DNA from: Bdellovibrionota bacterium
GTDB lineage: Bacteria; Bdellovibrionota_C; UBA2361; OMIW01
NCBI GenBank assembly: GCA_044345055.1
Contig: JBIJBT010000004.1
Span: 1 to 58,314, forward strand
Direction of reading: 5' to 3'
Length of the DNA: 58,314 nucleotides
Shown here: one piece after another, positions 10,620-20,274 of the stretch
How positions within the stretch are numbered: position 1 is the stretch's first letter
Layout of the letters: each line of letters starts with the position of its first letter
The notes under the pieces: model-generated
What the model was told of the DNA's origin: nothing
The model's input: the letters and a program-made list of their open reading frames with translations, nothing else
Databases searched by the model: none
Position numbers and translations under genes: made by a program

Positions 10620-11149
10620 ATGATCACCTGAGGAAAGTCAATCTCAGTATCAGCAACGTGGTTGAAAAAATTTGTTAAGATATTCATCGCGACTACGACA
10701 ACCGTTTCGACGATCTCGGCCTCGCTTAAATTAGCGGTCCGGGCCGCCACGAGCGCATCATCAGGAACATTGCCCTGAGTTGCGATAATTGATTGCGCGA
10801 GTGAGAGCATCGCCTGACTCTTCGGATCGGTCGATTCCCCTTTTCGTGCGGCTTCGATCTCCTGTCCAGAGAGCCCGCTCATACCGCCGATAAGGGTGTG
10901 TGCGGAAAGGCAATAGCCGCATCGATTAAGCTGTGCGCTTAAAAGGGCGATTCGTTCGCGATCCTGGCCCGATATACTGGTGCCGGTGAGCGATTGAGTG
11001 AGGTGGAGAACCCCCTCGAGTGCAGCGGGTGAGTGTGCAAGGGTTCGGTAGATATTTGGGCAGGTTCCGAGCTTTGTTTTTAGTGATTCGATTAACTCGC
11101 GGGAACGACCTCTAGCATCATGGTCAGGAACAGGGTGAATACGTGGCAT
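10616..11149 (-). CDS. AhpD / carboxymuconolactone decarboxylase family protein
   Basis: PNIYRTLAHSPAAL, RERIAL, RCGYCLSAH, DTEIDFP; its stop overlaps the GPx start (ATGA). Confidence 0.9.
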   Translation of the reverse strand: MPRIHPVPDHDARGRSRELIESLKTKLGTCPNIYRTLAHSPAALEGVLHLTQSLTGTSISGQDRERIALLSAQLNRCGYCLSAHTLIGGMSGLSGQEIEAARKGESTDPKSQAMLSLAQSIIATQGNVPDDALVAARTANLSEAEIVETVVVVAMNILTNFFNHVADTEIDFPQVII

Positions 11150-11494
11150 GAGAGGGCCTCCTTTCGGTGGGTGGTGAGAATCTTAGCTTACTTCGACTAC
11201 CTAAATTTTTTGCGGCGGGTGTCTCGAGAGTAGGACCGCGCGGCTCGGGCGTGGGCAGCTCCAATTAACAGATATTTCGCCCCCTAAGATTTGAGCAGTT
11301 CGCTATCGCCCAAACCTATAACCGTGTACGATTCCGTTCGAGTCTAACCTTCGACGGTAATCGTAAGAGGATCGTCGCATACCGGGTCGGATCGTGCTAG
11401 GGGGCTCTGGTTGCATTAGATATCCCAGTAATCCACAACCGCGATTTATTTAGACGAATTATTATTCGGAGTAATTTTAGGAAAGTGAAAGACC

Positions 11495-13120
11495 ATGTAT
11501 CTCGAGGAGTCTAACAAAGGTCGATATGGTAGCGATGAGTCACTGCGGGTGGGCCGAGAGCCGAAATATCTAACAGCAGAATCGGTACCAGCCTCCTTTG
11601 GCTCGGATTTTGACCGGGAAGCGCTGGTTCGTGTGTTCAATTCCTGTGCTCAAATTGCTTGTAGTCGAACTGGTAGGGAGGCTGTTGGTGGTGATGAGCG
11701 AGAGCTGTTAGCGCTTTTCAAGAAAGAAGATTTTGTTGGTTGGTCGGTTGATAAAAAGAAGGAGCTCGTTAATCGACTTCTTCATGCAGATGACGCGGTT
11801 GAGATGCGCGAGAGCTTTCTAGAGCAGGTTCTGGCAGTTGTTCTCCGGAGAGTAAGTGGGGAGAATTTTGACGAGCTGCCTGCGTCAGATGATGCGCTTC
11901 GGGCGGTACTCGATCATCATCCGCGAGGCGAAGCACTCGTTCACAAGATATTTGCGGCATCGCCGATGCCTAATAACAGATCGGGAATTGCCCGCATCGT
12001 TGGAGCCGTGAGTCCCGAGCTTCAGAAAGAGCTTCTTTCGTCGGTCTTTGATTCGCTTGTGACTGATTGTGAGCAGTTCGGGCCGGGGATGGCCGAATCC
12101 GATGGCCTTGCTCTATGTGCATTGCGGTTCCATGATTCAGTGAAGTTGTTGCAGCGGGTCGAGCGGCTCTTTGATAGAGGTAGCCGCGGATATGAGGCGG
12201 CTCTTGAGCCTTTACGTGTTGGTGTTAAATCAACGCTTGAGGCGCTCGTTGTTAAAGATCATGGGCTAATCATGATAGAAGTTTTGAAAAGAACTCTTGA
12301 AAGCCCCCTCTCCTATGAGGAACAACGCTCAATCCTCGTGCCGATCATTGAACTTCTCGGCAAGAACAAACTGGCTACCTTTGCGATCACGGCTTTTATC
12401 GCGGTGCCTCCGGTTACGGAGTGGCTCGGCTCGGAGCATTGTCATTCTGAATTAATGCCACCCCCTTTCTATGTCAGTTCGCCGATTAGTCAGCGTGCAA
12501 TTGAAAAAGCGGTAGATGCTACAATAAAGCAGGCCGAGCCCTCCGATTTTGCCCGGGCTCTCCTCAAAATAATGCGCTATGTCAGCCGTATGAAAAGGGA
12601 TCTTTCGCCTAGTTTGCTCGGAGAGAACCAGCTCAGGGATGTCAGTAATCGCGTTTTCTCCTCCGGTCAATTTTCTTCCGGCCAGGGGGCTCTGAAGCTC
12701 TATTGCGAGATGGTCAACATCCTATCGATTCAGCCCAAAGGATGCGCCGTTGCGATGAAATCGGTGTTTGGAATCCTTGCCGATGAAACCGCTCCTCCGA
12801 TAGCGGTGCCATTCCTGCTAGCAGAGGTTAGGGGAGCTCTTGAGCGGTATCCAAACATAGTGCTTAGTGAAGCGGCGAGGTCGAGAAATCCGAGCGTTGC
12901 GATGGACTCAGTAGTTAAGTCACTAGTCTCTGCCGGTAAAGGAAAAGACCGTCGTGCGAAGGAGATATTGGTCCGTTTGTTCTTGTTGCTCGATGATGGT
13001 CAAGGTGACACACTCTTTCAGGGAGCTCCACTCTCGATTGATCAACAGCGCCAAGGTGCCTCTTGTCTAAAAAGTTCGCTTCGCGCGTCAAACGGTCGTT
13101 TGCCCGAGCGTCATGAGTGA
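11495..13120 (+). CDS. Hypothetical alpha-helical protein
   Basis: 541-codon ORF with GGAAAG upstream; no motif recognised. Confidence 0.7.
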   Translation: MYLEESNKGRYGSDESLRVGREPKYLTAESVPASFGSDFDREALVRVFNSCAQIACSRTGREAVGGDERELLALFKKEDFVGWSVDKKKELVNRLLHADDAVEMRESFLEQVLAVVLRRVSGENFDELPASDDALRAVLDHHPRGEALVHKIFAASPMPNNRSGIARIVGAVSPELQKELLSSVFDSLVTDCEQFGPGMAESDGLALCALRFHDSVKLLQRVERLFDRGSRGYEAALEPLRVGVKSTLEALVVKDHGLIMIEVLKRTLESPLSYEEQRSILVPIIELLGKNKLATFAITAFIAVPPVTEWLGSEHCHSELMPPPFYVSSPISQRAIEKAVDATIKQAEPSDFARALLKIMRYVSRMKRDLSPSLLGENQLRDVSNRVFSSGQFSSGQGALKLYCEMVNILSIQPKGCAVAMKSVFGILADETAPPIAVPFLLAEVRGALERYPNIVLSEAARSRNPSVAMDSVVKSLVSAGKGKDRRAKEILVRLFLLLDDGQGDTLFQGAPLSIDQQRQGASCLKSSLRASNGRLPERHE

Positions 13121-13212
13121 GGAAGCCCGTCGGAAACGACTGCTCAGGGGCCCGTGCAATTGGCGTTTCTCGGATTATCTTGGCTATCTCCTGCGAGGAG
13201 GGCATTGCATTA

Positions 13213-14856
13213 ATGCTGGTAGAGCTAAAAATCGCCAATTTTGCGATCATTGAGGAACAATCTGTTCACTTTGGTCCCGGTCTTAATGTCCTATCCGGGG
13301 AAACAGGAGCGGGTAAATCGATTATTCTCAGTGCTCTAGAGCTGATTTTAGGTGGGCGGCCGAGGCCGCATGCGGTGCGACACGGTGCCGATTCTCTCGA
13401 GGTTGAGGCGCTCTTTGACCTGACTCGGGTGCACGAGCGTACGGTCGCTGAGCTACCTGATTGTGCGCGAGGGGATGAGCTCTCAATTGTGCGGAGTGTT
13501 TCTGCCTCGGGTCGGGGTCGGGTGTATATAAATGGCCGCATCGGCACTGTTGCGCTTCTCGAAGAGATCGTCTCTCGGCTTGTAAATATCTGCGGGCAAT
13601 CGCACCATGTGCGGCTGCTTGATCCCGGATACCACCTCGCACTTCTTGATAGCTTTGCGGGCAATGAGGATCTGGTGAGCGAATATGGTCGAGCGTTCGG
13701 TGAATATCGTGCGCTTCTTGAGCGGGTACAATCGCGGGAGGAGGATCAGCGGCGGTTGCGGGCTCGGCGAGAAGACCTTCTGCTCACGATTAAGGAGCTC
13801 TCTGCGGTTGAATTGACCGAGGGAATTAGGCAGTCGCTCGAGGAACGTGTCGTTCGGCTCGCGAATGCGGAGCGGCTCCTAGCGGGGGTTCAGTCCGCAG
13901 GCGAGGCGCTTACTGATGATCAGGGAGCACTCAACTCACTTCGCTCGGCGATTCATCAGCTTTCCGAGCTCGGCCGTCTCGATCCCATGCTTGCGCCAAT
14001 AATTGAGCAGCTCTCCTCGTGTCAGGTGCTTATTCGCGAGGGGGTGCGGGATATCGATTCGTACGCCGGATCGCTCGAGGTGGATCAACAACAGCTCGAA
14101 CAGCTTCGTGAGCAGCTCGCTGAGGTTGCTCGACTTGAGCGTAAATATCGAACAAACGATGGTGGCTTGGTTGCGCTCCTAAAGGAGGCAAATGAGGAGC
14201 TGTTGAGCCTTGAGGATGAATCTCGTATTGAGCTTCTTCAGGAGAAGCTTCGGCACAGTCATGCAGAGTCGCAGCGACTCGCTCAGCAGCTTTCTGCGCG
14301 GCGTAACGAAGCAGGAAAAGAGTTGGCCTCACGTATTGAGCAGGAGCTTGTTGAGGTAAATATGAAGGGGGCGCGGCTGGTCGTCGAGCTGAGTCACCTT
14401 GCCGAGCTTGCGGCGAGCGGTAGTGAGCGAGGGGAGTTCTTACTCGCGAGTAATCGGGGTGAAGCGCTTCGCCCTTTGCGACAAATAGCCTCGGGTGGTG
14501 AGCTATCGCGGATTTTATTGGTTTGCAAAAAAGTGCTTCGAGATCGCTCCGGGGTGAATGTGCTTGTGTTCGATGAAGTTGATACCGGAATCTCCGGAAG
14601 TGTCGCGCGGGCAGTGGGTCTCAAACTGAAGGCGCTTGCACAGGATTCTCAGGTTTTGTGCATCACCCATCTTCCACAGGTCGCCTCACTCGCCGACACA
14701 CATCTTCTAGTCACCAAGATTGAGGAAGATCGCACCCGCTCGGTTGTAAGGACCCTCTCGCGCGAAGAGCGAATTACGGAGATTGCGCGGATGCTTGCCG
14801 GAGCAGAGATAACCGCAGCAGCTCGCGAGTCGGCCCGAGAGCTGTTGGGGGCGTAG
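13213..14856 (+). CDS. recN: DNA repair protein RecN
   Basis: MLVELKIANFAII, Walker A GETGAGKS, ASGGELSR, Walker B VFDEVDTG, ITHLPQVA. Confidence 0.96.
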   Translation: MLVELKIANFAIIEEQSVHFGPGLNVLSGETGAGKSIILSALELILGGRPRPHAVRHGADSLEVEALFDLTRVHERTVAELPDCARGDELSIVRSVSASGRGRVYINGRIGTVALLEEIVSRLVNICGQSHHVRLLDPGYHLALLDSFAGNEDLVSEYGRAFGEYRALLERVQSREEDQRRLRARREDLLLTIKELSAVELTEGIRQSLEERVVRLANAERLLAGVQSAGEALTDDQGALNSLRSAIHQLSELGRLDPMLAPIIEQLSSCQVLIREGVRDIDSYAGSLEVDQQQLEQLREQLAEVARLERKYRTNDGGLVALLKEANEELLSLEDESRIELLQEKLRHSHAESQRLAQQLSARRNEAGKELASRIEQELVEVNMKGARLVVELSHLAELAASGSERGEFLLASNRGEALRPLRQIASGGELSRILLVCKKVLRDRSGVNVLVFDEVDTGISGSVARAVGLKLKALAQDSQVLCITHLPQVASLADTHLLVTKIEEDRTRSVVRTLSREERITEIARMLAGAEITAAARESARELLGA

Positions 14857-14998
14857 ACCAAAGAGAGGAAGTAATGCTGCGGGAGCTGGTGTAGAGGTAC
14901 GGTGCAGAGGGACTAAGCAGAGGAAAGGCGCAAAGGGGACTTTGCAGAGAGGCTATCTAAAGCCCACCTTCCGTAATCCTAATCCGTTTAGCCCTCCT

Positions 14999-16858
14999 TT
15001 AGCTCTTCGGCGGAAGAGTGACTGCCGCAGCTTTCTTTTTCGCCTCAGCGATAATCAAAGAGAGCTTTTTCCCGAACGCTTTTCTCTCAATCTGTTCAAT
15101 CACCTTCTTCGATTTAAGACGACTTGCGGTCAGATTAGAAAGGGTCCTTAGCTTCGCCTGATATCTTACCCAGTCCTTATTTGCTTTGGTTAGGCAAGCC
15201 GATTTCTTTTTTGCGCTAACCAGAGAGGAGCAGAAGTTTTTGCTCGTTGCTTTTCTTTTTTTACTCCCAAAAACAAGCTTTGGCACCGGTCTTCCGGAGA
15301 CCGATGCCGCGGTCAATAAAGCGGCTGCTTGGGGAGTTATCGTCATCGGCGAGCTCTCCTTAAGAGCTGCAACCGAAAATCCATTAACCGAAAGGGGGAG
15401 ATTTATCTTATTGAGAAGCTGTTGCAGTCCGCCCTGCACGGTCTGCGTAAATAGACTCTCTCCGCTCCAAACTAATTGAAGTAGCGCGTTCTCGGGGTTA
15501 AGAATATTTCCAAAGCCACCCTCTAGAAGATTTCCGAGCTGATCTCCAATATCAAGAGGAGTCTCTGCAAGGACTGAATCTATCATACCGAGGAGAGATG
15601 AGTTCATGATGCCTAATATAGGCTCGAAGGAGCCGAGAATTGAACCGAATTGATTCATGACGAAGGCTTCGGCACCTGAGGCCGAGAAGAGCTGCTGAAT
15701 CAGTTGAACAAGACCTAAGCTGCCGATTCCTAGCTTTCCAAGAATTTGGTTCGCTAATCCCGGTATATTTGCCAAACTAAGGCCATTTAATACTGGCGAG
15801 AGTATTCCCTGTGCTGCCGATAGAAATGGGATATTTACTAGGTTCAATAACGACTGTGTATTCAACAGTCCCTGAAGCTGTCCTGTAAGTGAACCGAGCT
15901 GCGATTGAAGCGGCCCAAGAAGATTATTGATCCCTTGAGTCAGTCCGAGAATGTTAGCAAGTCCTCCTCCGGTAAGTGTTGACATCAAAGAGTTGAGCGA
16001 CCCTTCGAAATTTCCTAATTGAGAGAGAATCTGTCCTACATCTCCACCAACAAGCTGAGATAGCCCTCCTCGAAGTGCTCCTACACTCTCAAGCACCGAA
16101 GTGAGTTGTCCGATGTTTTTGATATCTATATTTTTTAGGCCAGCTAAACTCTGCAGGAGACCCTGGCCAACTCCGCTAACTCCGCCCAATATCCGGATAA
16201 TTCCCTCCACCTGTTTTATCTCAGTATTGATCTGTAAAAGCCGATTTTCGGCCTCTTTAAAGCTATTGGAATTGTTGAGAGCAAATTGCGTAAGACCCTG
16301 AACTGAGGCCTCCGAAAAGACTCCATCAGGGGCGCTTAGCAAAGAATCAAGACCCGTGAAAAATTGCTGATGAAGTGAGTTGAAAACCTCCAGTTGGGAA
16401 GCGGTCAGTTCGCGGGGATCTGGAAAAGAGGGGAGTTCAATTGGCCTATCATTTATCTCTATACCATTTATGGTAAATCGTTCGGTCGTAAGTCGAATCC
16501 GTTCGGCTCTCGCCTCAAGGTATGCTTTCCCGAACGGGCTCTCAGTAAAATCAGTGAGCATGGGGATGAAATTTGGGCGTATGTTAGCCTGATAAGCCAA
16601 TCCTCGCGCGCTTAACTCTGTTTCCTTTAGATCTTCGAGCGCCTGATTCACGTCGGTAGCAATATCTTCGTGCAGGTCGATGATCGCATCCACCGCTGGT
16701 TTCTGTATAGAGCGACTAACCCGCTCCATCGCTCGAAACGACGGTAGGGTTAGTGGTGTGGGTACTGCGTGGCAGAGGGCAGTCGCGAAGAAGCAAAAGG
16801 AACCGAGCAGACAACAAAGGATGCGCTTGCTGGTGTTTGAGAGTGCTACGCTTATCAT
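14999..16858 (-). CDS. Secreted hypothetical protein with long Gly/Leu/Asn/Gln/Ser-rich region and basic C-terminus
   Basis: 619-codon ORF; signal peptide ending ALCHA; low-charge central region; Lys-rich tail with two Cys. Confidence 0.75.
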   Translation of the reverse strand: MISVALSNTSKRILCCLLGSFCFFATALCHAVPTPLTLPSFRAMERVSRSIQKPAVDAIIDLHEDIATDVNQALEDLKETELSARGLAYQANIRPNFIPMLTDFTESPFGKAYLEARAERIRLTTERFTINGIEINDRPIELPSFPDPRELTASQLEVFNSLHQQFFTGLDSLLSAPDGVFSEASVQGLTQFALNNSNSFKEAENRLLQINTEIKQVEGIIRILGGVSGVGQGLLQSLAGLKNIDIKNIGQLTSVLESVGALRGGLSQLVGGDVGQILSQLGNFEGSLNSLMSTLTGGGLANILGLTQGINNLLGPLQSQLGSLTGQLQGLLNTQSLLNLVNIPFLSAAQGILSPVLNGLSLANIPGLANQILGKLGIGSLGLVQLIQQLFSASGAEAFVMNQFGSILGSFEPILGIMNSSLLGMIDSVLAETPLDIGDQLGNLLEGGFGNILNPENALLQLVWSGESLFTQTVQGGLQQLLNKINLPLSVNGFSVAALKESSPMTITPQAAALLTAASVSGRPVPKLVFGSKKRKATSKNFCSSLVSAKKKSACLTKANKDWVRYQAKLRTLSNLTASRLKSKKVIEQIERKAFGKKLSLIIAEAKKKAAAVTLPPKS

Positions 16859-17056
16859 CGTTTGGCCTCATTACGCTTTAACTTGCCGCTCGCTTATCGA
16901 CCCGGTATTGAACCCTCGGTTTTGTTTGAAGGTTCACCGAGGGTTATGAGACAGATTTTTTGGAGGGTTACTTATGGGTAGGGTGCCATTAGGGGGGGAG
17001 TGCCGGATTTTAATTTTTTTCTACCCTGCTAGGCCTTGCCCAAGCCTTTAAATCCT

Positions 17057-17647
17057 CTAGCTCAGAGGAATGGAGGAACTATGGGCCAAATTTAACCTCG
17101 TGACCTGATCCATTAACTCTGGCAAATTCTCATAATTTAGCAAATAAAATAGCCCTGACGACTCTCTTGGGTACTCAAGTCTCGTAAATAAAGGGGAATG
17201 ACTAGTTAACATACTTTTTGGATCTCGGCTGTCATTTGACCGCATGAGATTATCGGGACCAAATAAGGGTCCTAGTAAAACTCTAACTTCAAGCAGCTTT
17301 TCACCATAAGGGGGGTTCCGCATCCATTTTTCGAGGCTATCTTCGACCTTTGAAATAAATGGGCCGAGAACCTCATGATCTCGAAAGTCGTGAGCAAGAG
17401 CTGCAATTCGCTCTCCCGCATCCGTAATCAGTTCTCGAACATCGCTCTCGGATATTAGAGGTTCGCCCTGAAAAAAGCGGGTAATTGGCGGTAGAGTTGT
17501 GCGAAAAAGCTCTCCAAATTTCCAAGTCAGTGACTCTAACGGAGTCGCCGGAAGCATCGCAAACGTTACCTCAGCATGTGATTGTTTTTTTAATGCACTA
17601 CATGACTGCACTTTTTTACTCCTTAACACAGATCGAACGACTATCAA
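17057..17647 (-). CDS. Hypothetical protein (start uncertain)
   Basis: 196-codon ORF with no competing long ORF; no motif. Confidence 0.5.
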   Translation of the reverse strand: MIVVRSVLRSKKVQSCSALKKQSHAEVTFAMLPATPLESLTWKFGELFRTTLPPITRFFQGEPLISESDVRELITDAGERIAALAHDFRDHEVLGPFISKVEDSLEKWMRNPPYGEKLLEVRVLLGPLFGPDNLMRSNDSRDPKSMLTSHSPLFTRLEYPRESSGLFYLLNYENLPELMDQVTRLNLAHSSSIPLS

Positions 17648-17936
17648 AATTTAGTGCCTATTAAGAGCGATCGGCTAGAGATAAACAAATTTTTTTAGTT
17701 GGTATAATTCCATCCAAGAACCCAATGAGTCAAAGTTCTTGAGATCTTTCTTCTTGAATTCCGCCTACAGCCTTTTTTGAGCAAAGGATCGCCTCAGAAA
17801 CTCCATAACCCTAAAAACAGTCAGGAGTCGTTGGTCAGTCCCTGAATCGAGCTACCTCGACACGATACCGCTTCGGCTGTAGCCTAAGAGGGTTATTCGT
17901 TTAGAGGCAAGTTTTTGTTAAAAGATTTCTTAATAG

Positions 17937-18683
17937 ATGGCCGAGGATAAACAGGTGAAAAGGGGTTGGCGGCGCATTGTGAAGGAAGATAAGGGGAAAA
18001 CTAAAAAGGGGATAGGGCGCTTTCGTTGGGGAAGAGCGGTTTGTTTTGTTTCTCTTCTGGGGGTCGGTCAGCTTTCGGATGCGGTGGCCGAACCGCTGGA
18101 TGGTCTCGGCAAAGTAACGCCAAAGCCGACCTTAAATACACCGTCAACGATTCGCGAGGATCAGAACCAAGAACAGAAGAAAACCATTCCACTTATTCGG
18201 CACGTTCGTTTCTCGAGCGGATTGCCGTTCTCGGCTTCGCGCCCCGCTCAGGACTTACAAGCTCGCCTATCAGAGATGGTGAATCGCGAAGGGGGAAAGA
18301 GCTTTGAAGCTCTCCTCGAGGCATCAAAAAAGGATCTAGAAAAGCTAGAACATCCAGTTCCTCTTCCTAAGTGTGGTTCTGCGCACGAGGAGAAGCTAGA
18401 ACTGGGCTTAAGTGAACAGCTGCCGTACGAGGTAATTATCGAGGATCTTCTTTTTCTCGGTGAAGATCCCCCGCTCGATGCTGAGAGCCGGTTTGGGGAG
18501 TCGGCGATGATTTATGTTTTGAACGAAAAGTCGAGCGCATCGCTGCGAGGGTTTAGCGATGCGCTAGCTGTCTCTTGTGTGCCTTATCGGGTCCGCACAA
18601 CTACTCAGGCGATTTACCGGTTTGAGGGAGAGGCTGCGCTGAAACGGTATGAGGATGTTATTGAAGAGGACGGCAAAAAATAA
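17937..18683 (+). CDS. Exported protein, weakly TraW-like
   Basis: Hydrophobic signal/anchor; C-terminal LLFLGEDP...ALAVSCVPYRV resembles the TraW C-terminus; lies directly upstream of the TraU-like gene. Confidence 0.45.
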   Translation: MAEDKQVKRGWRRIVKEDKGKTKKGIGRFRWGRAVCFVSLLGVGQLSDAVAEPLDGLGKVTPKPTLNTPSTIREDQNQEQKKTIPLIRHVRFSSGLPFSASRPAQDLQARLSEMVNREGGKSFEALLEASKKDLEKLEHPVPLPKCGSAHEEKLELGLSEQLPYEVIIEDLLFLGEDPPLDAESRFGESAMIYVLNEKSSASLRGFSDALAVSCVPYRVRTTTQAIYRFEGEAALKRYEDVIEEDGKK

Positions 18684-18744
18684 GAGCGGCGAGGGTGTCG
18701 TGGCGAGAGGGGCACGGCTTTTTGATCATCAGGGGAGGTCGTTA

Positions 18745-20274
18745 ATGGATTGTGTGGGTCAAAGCAGTGAGAACGGTGAGTTATCCCGAAAAGGACCGCT
18801 TTGGCGGCGAGCGGTTATGCTGTGGTCCAAAAATAAAAAAAATGTGCGAAGTTGGCTGTTAGTTGTTTTTCTCGTCGGGATATTCGGTAGTCAGGTGGTG
18901 GCAAGAGAATGTTGGGGGGTGCCGAATCCGGCGGATTTGAGGGAAGCCGAAGAGAAGGCTAAAGGAAGGGGGGAGGAAGCAATTAGTGACGCGGAAAAGT
19001 TGGGTGAAATCACATTGGGTGATTTGCCACCGAACTTCATGGGCCAAGCTAACCCGGGCGCGGCAGTTGGTAACGTTCTCTCGGACACCATAAAAGAGGC
19101 AGGAAATTTTTTGCCTAGTCAGTGTTTCGATTGGAAGCCCTTGCCCGGTTGTTGTTGCGGGCAGTTAGGGTTGTGTTTTTTCCCGGCCTACGAATATCGT
19201 TGGCCGATGACTCGGTACGAAATTACCAGACAGCCTTTTCAGAGCGATTATTGGCCGAGTCCTGCTATGAAGCTTTTTCAAAAAATAACTCTTGAACCAG
19301 CGGTCGCTTTGCTCGTTAAGCTCGATTTTAGTACTGTAGTCCTCTCCTTGCTAAGGCAAGGCTTTAAGGTGCCGAAGCCATCCGTTGCCCTTGACTTTAT
19401 AAAAAGTCTCGTCAATGTTTCATTCCAAAAAGTGCCTAAACCCGAAGATAATAAGGCCCGAGGTGGTGGTCTTCAGGGTGATGGAACTACTCAAACGAGT
19501 GTCCACGCGTATCCGTCTCCATTGAGATTCCCGCCCCTGTCTCACGCGTTTGAGCCTCTCACTCTTTTCGGTGCGGTTAAAAGCCATATCGCGGATGGGT
19601 TTGACGCAATGCCCCTACCCGACTTTACCGAGGGACCTCGACTTTCACCCTTCGCTCGGTCGCCCGGTCGTTCGGCGTTCATTTCGAAAGTAAAAGCGTT
19701 GGCCGAGATGTGGTCGCGTCATCTCGCCGATCCGAGAGCGTGTGTGCGGTTTATCATGGATGAGTGGAAGAAGCACGATAGGGAGGATGGTCCAACCGTC
19801 GGGATGGTACCGGGGTTGATTAACGCAGGTTCTGGAGATGTTGAACCGGACAAACACCCATGTCTTCGGTTTGGAAATATCAAATGGTTCCCCTTTGACT
19901 TTCATCTAAATGTTTCGTCGGAACCGATGGCGGCTTGGGTCTCGATGATCAAGATGGCAAAGCTTATGCGTTCAACGCGAGAAAAAGGGTTATGGTCTGA
20001 TATATACGACCTGAAAGACGACAAAGCACAGTATCTAAGGGGGGACGGCTTAACTGGAAGCAGTTTTCGGTGTACCGATATTGAGAAGCCGTACGAGGAG
20101 TTTGGGGATGCAAATAAGCTAGAACAACCTGCTGAACCGATAATGATTGCTCATTGGAAGCGATATTCTGGTTGTCCGCCGAGTTGGAACATGTATGGGT
20201 CGTGTCCGCGCGGCAAGATAAATAGACAAAGCGCCTTCAACCCTGAAGTAAAAAACTCAACCAGAACACCATGA
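18745..20274 (+). CDS. Divergent TraU-family protein
   Basis: SD GGGGAGG before ATG 18745; signal peptide; colinear TraU-like blocks YRWPMTRYEITRQP, SVHAYPSPL, FTEGP, C..GNIKWFPF, HWKRYSGC; Cys-rich. Confidence 0.65.
   Translation: MDCVGQSSENGELSRKGPLWRRAVMLWSKNKKNVRSWLLVVFLVGIFGSQVVARECWGVPNPADLREAEEKAKGRGEEAISDAEKLGEITLGDLPPNFMGQANPGAAVGNVLSDTIKEAGNFLPSQCFDWKPLPGCCCGQLGLCFFPAYEYRWPMTRYEITRQPFQSDYWPSPAMKLFQKITLEPAVALLVKLDFSTVVLSLLRQGFKVPKPSVALDFIKSLVNVSFQKVPKPEDNKARGGGLQGDGTTQTSVHAYPSPLRFPPLSHAFEPLTLFGAVKSHIADGFDAMPLPDFTEGPRLSPFARSPGRSAFISKVKALAEMWSRHLADPRACVRFIMDEWKKHDREDGPTVGMVPGLINAGSGDVEPDKHPCLRFGNIKWFPFDFHLNVSSEPMAAWVSMIKMAKLMRSTREKGLWSDIYDLKDDKAQYLRGDGLTGSSFRCTDIEKPYEEFGDANKLEQPAEPIMIAHWKRYSGCPPSWNMYGSCPRGKINRQSAFNPEVKNSTRTP

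Noticed and set aside
11327..11365. Imperfect intergenic hairpin TACGATT...AATCGTA as an ncRNA
   Set aside because: Single bulged stem with no recognisable RNA family features; could be chance.
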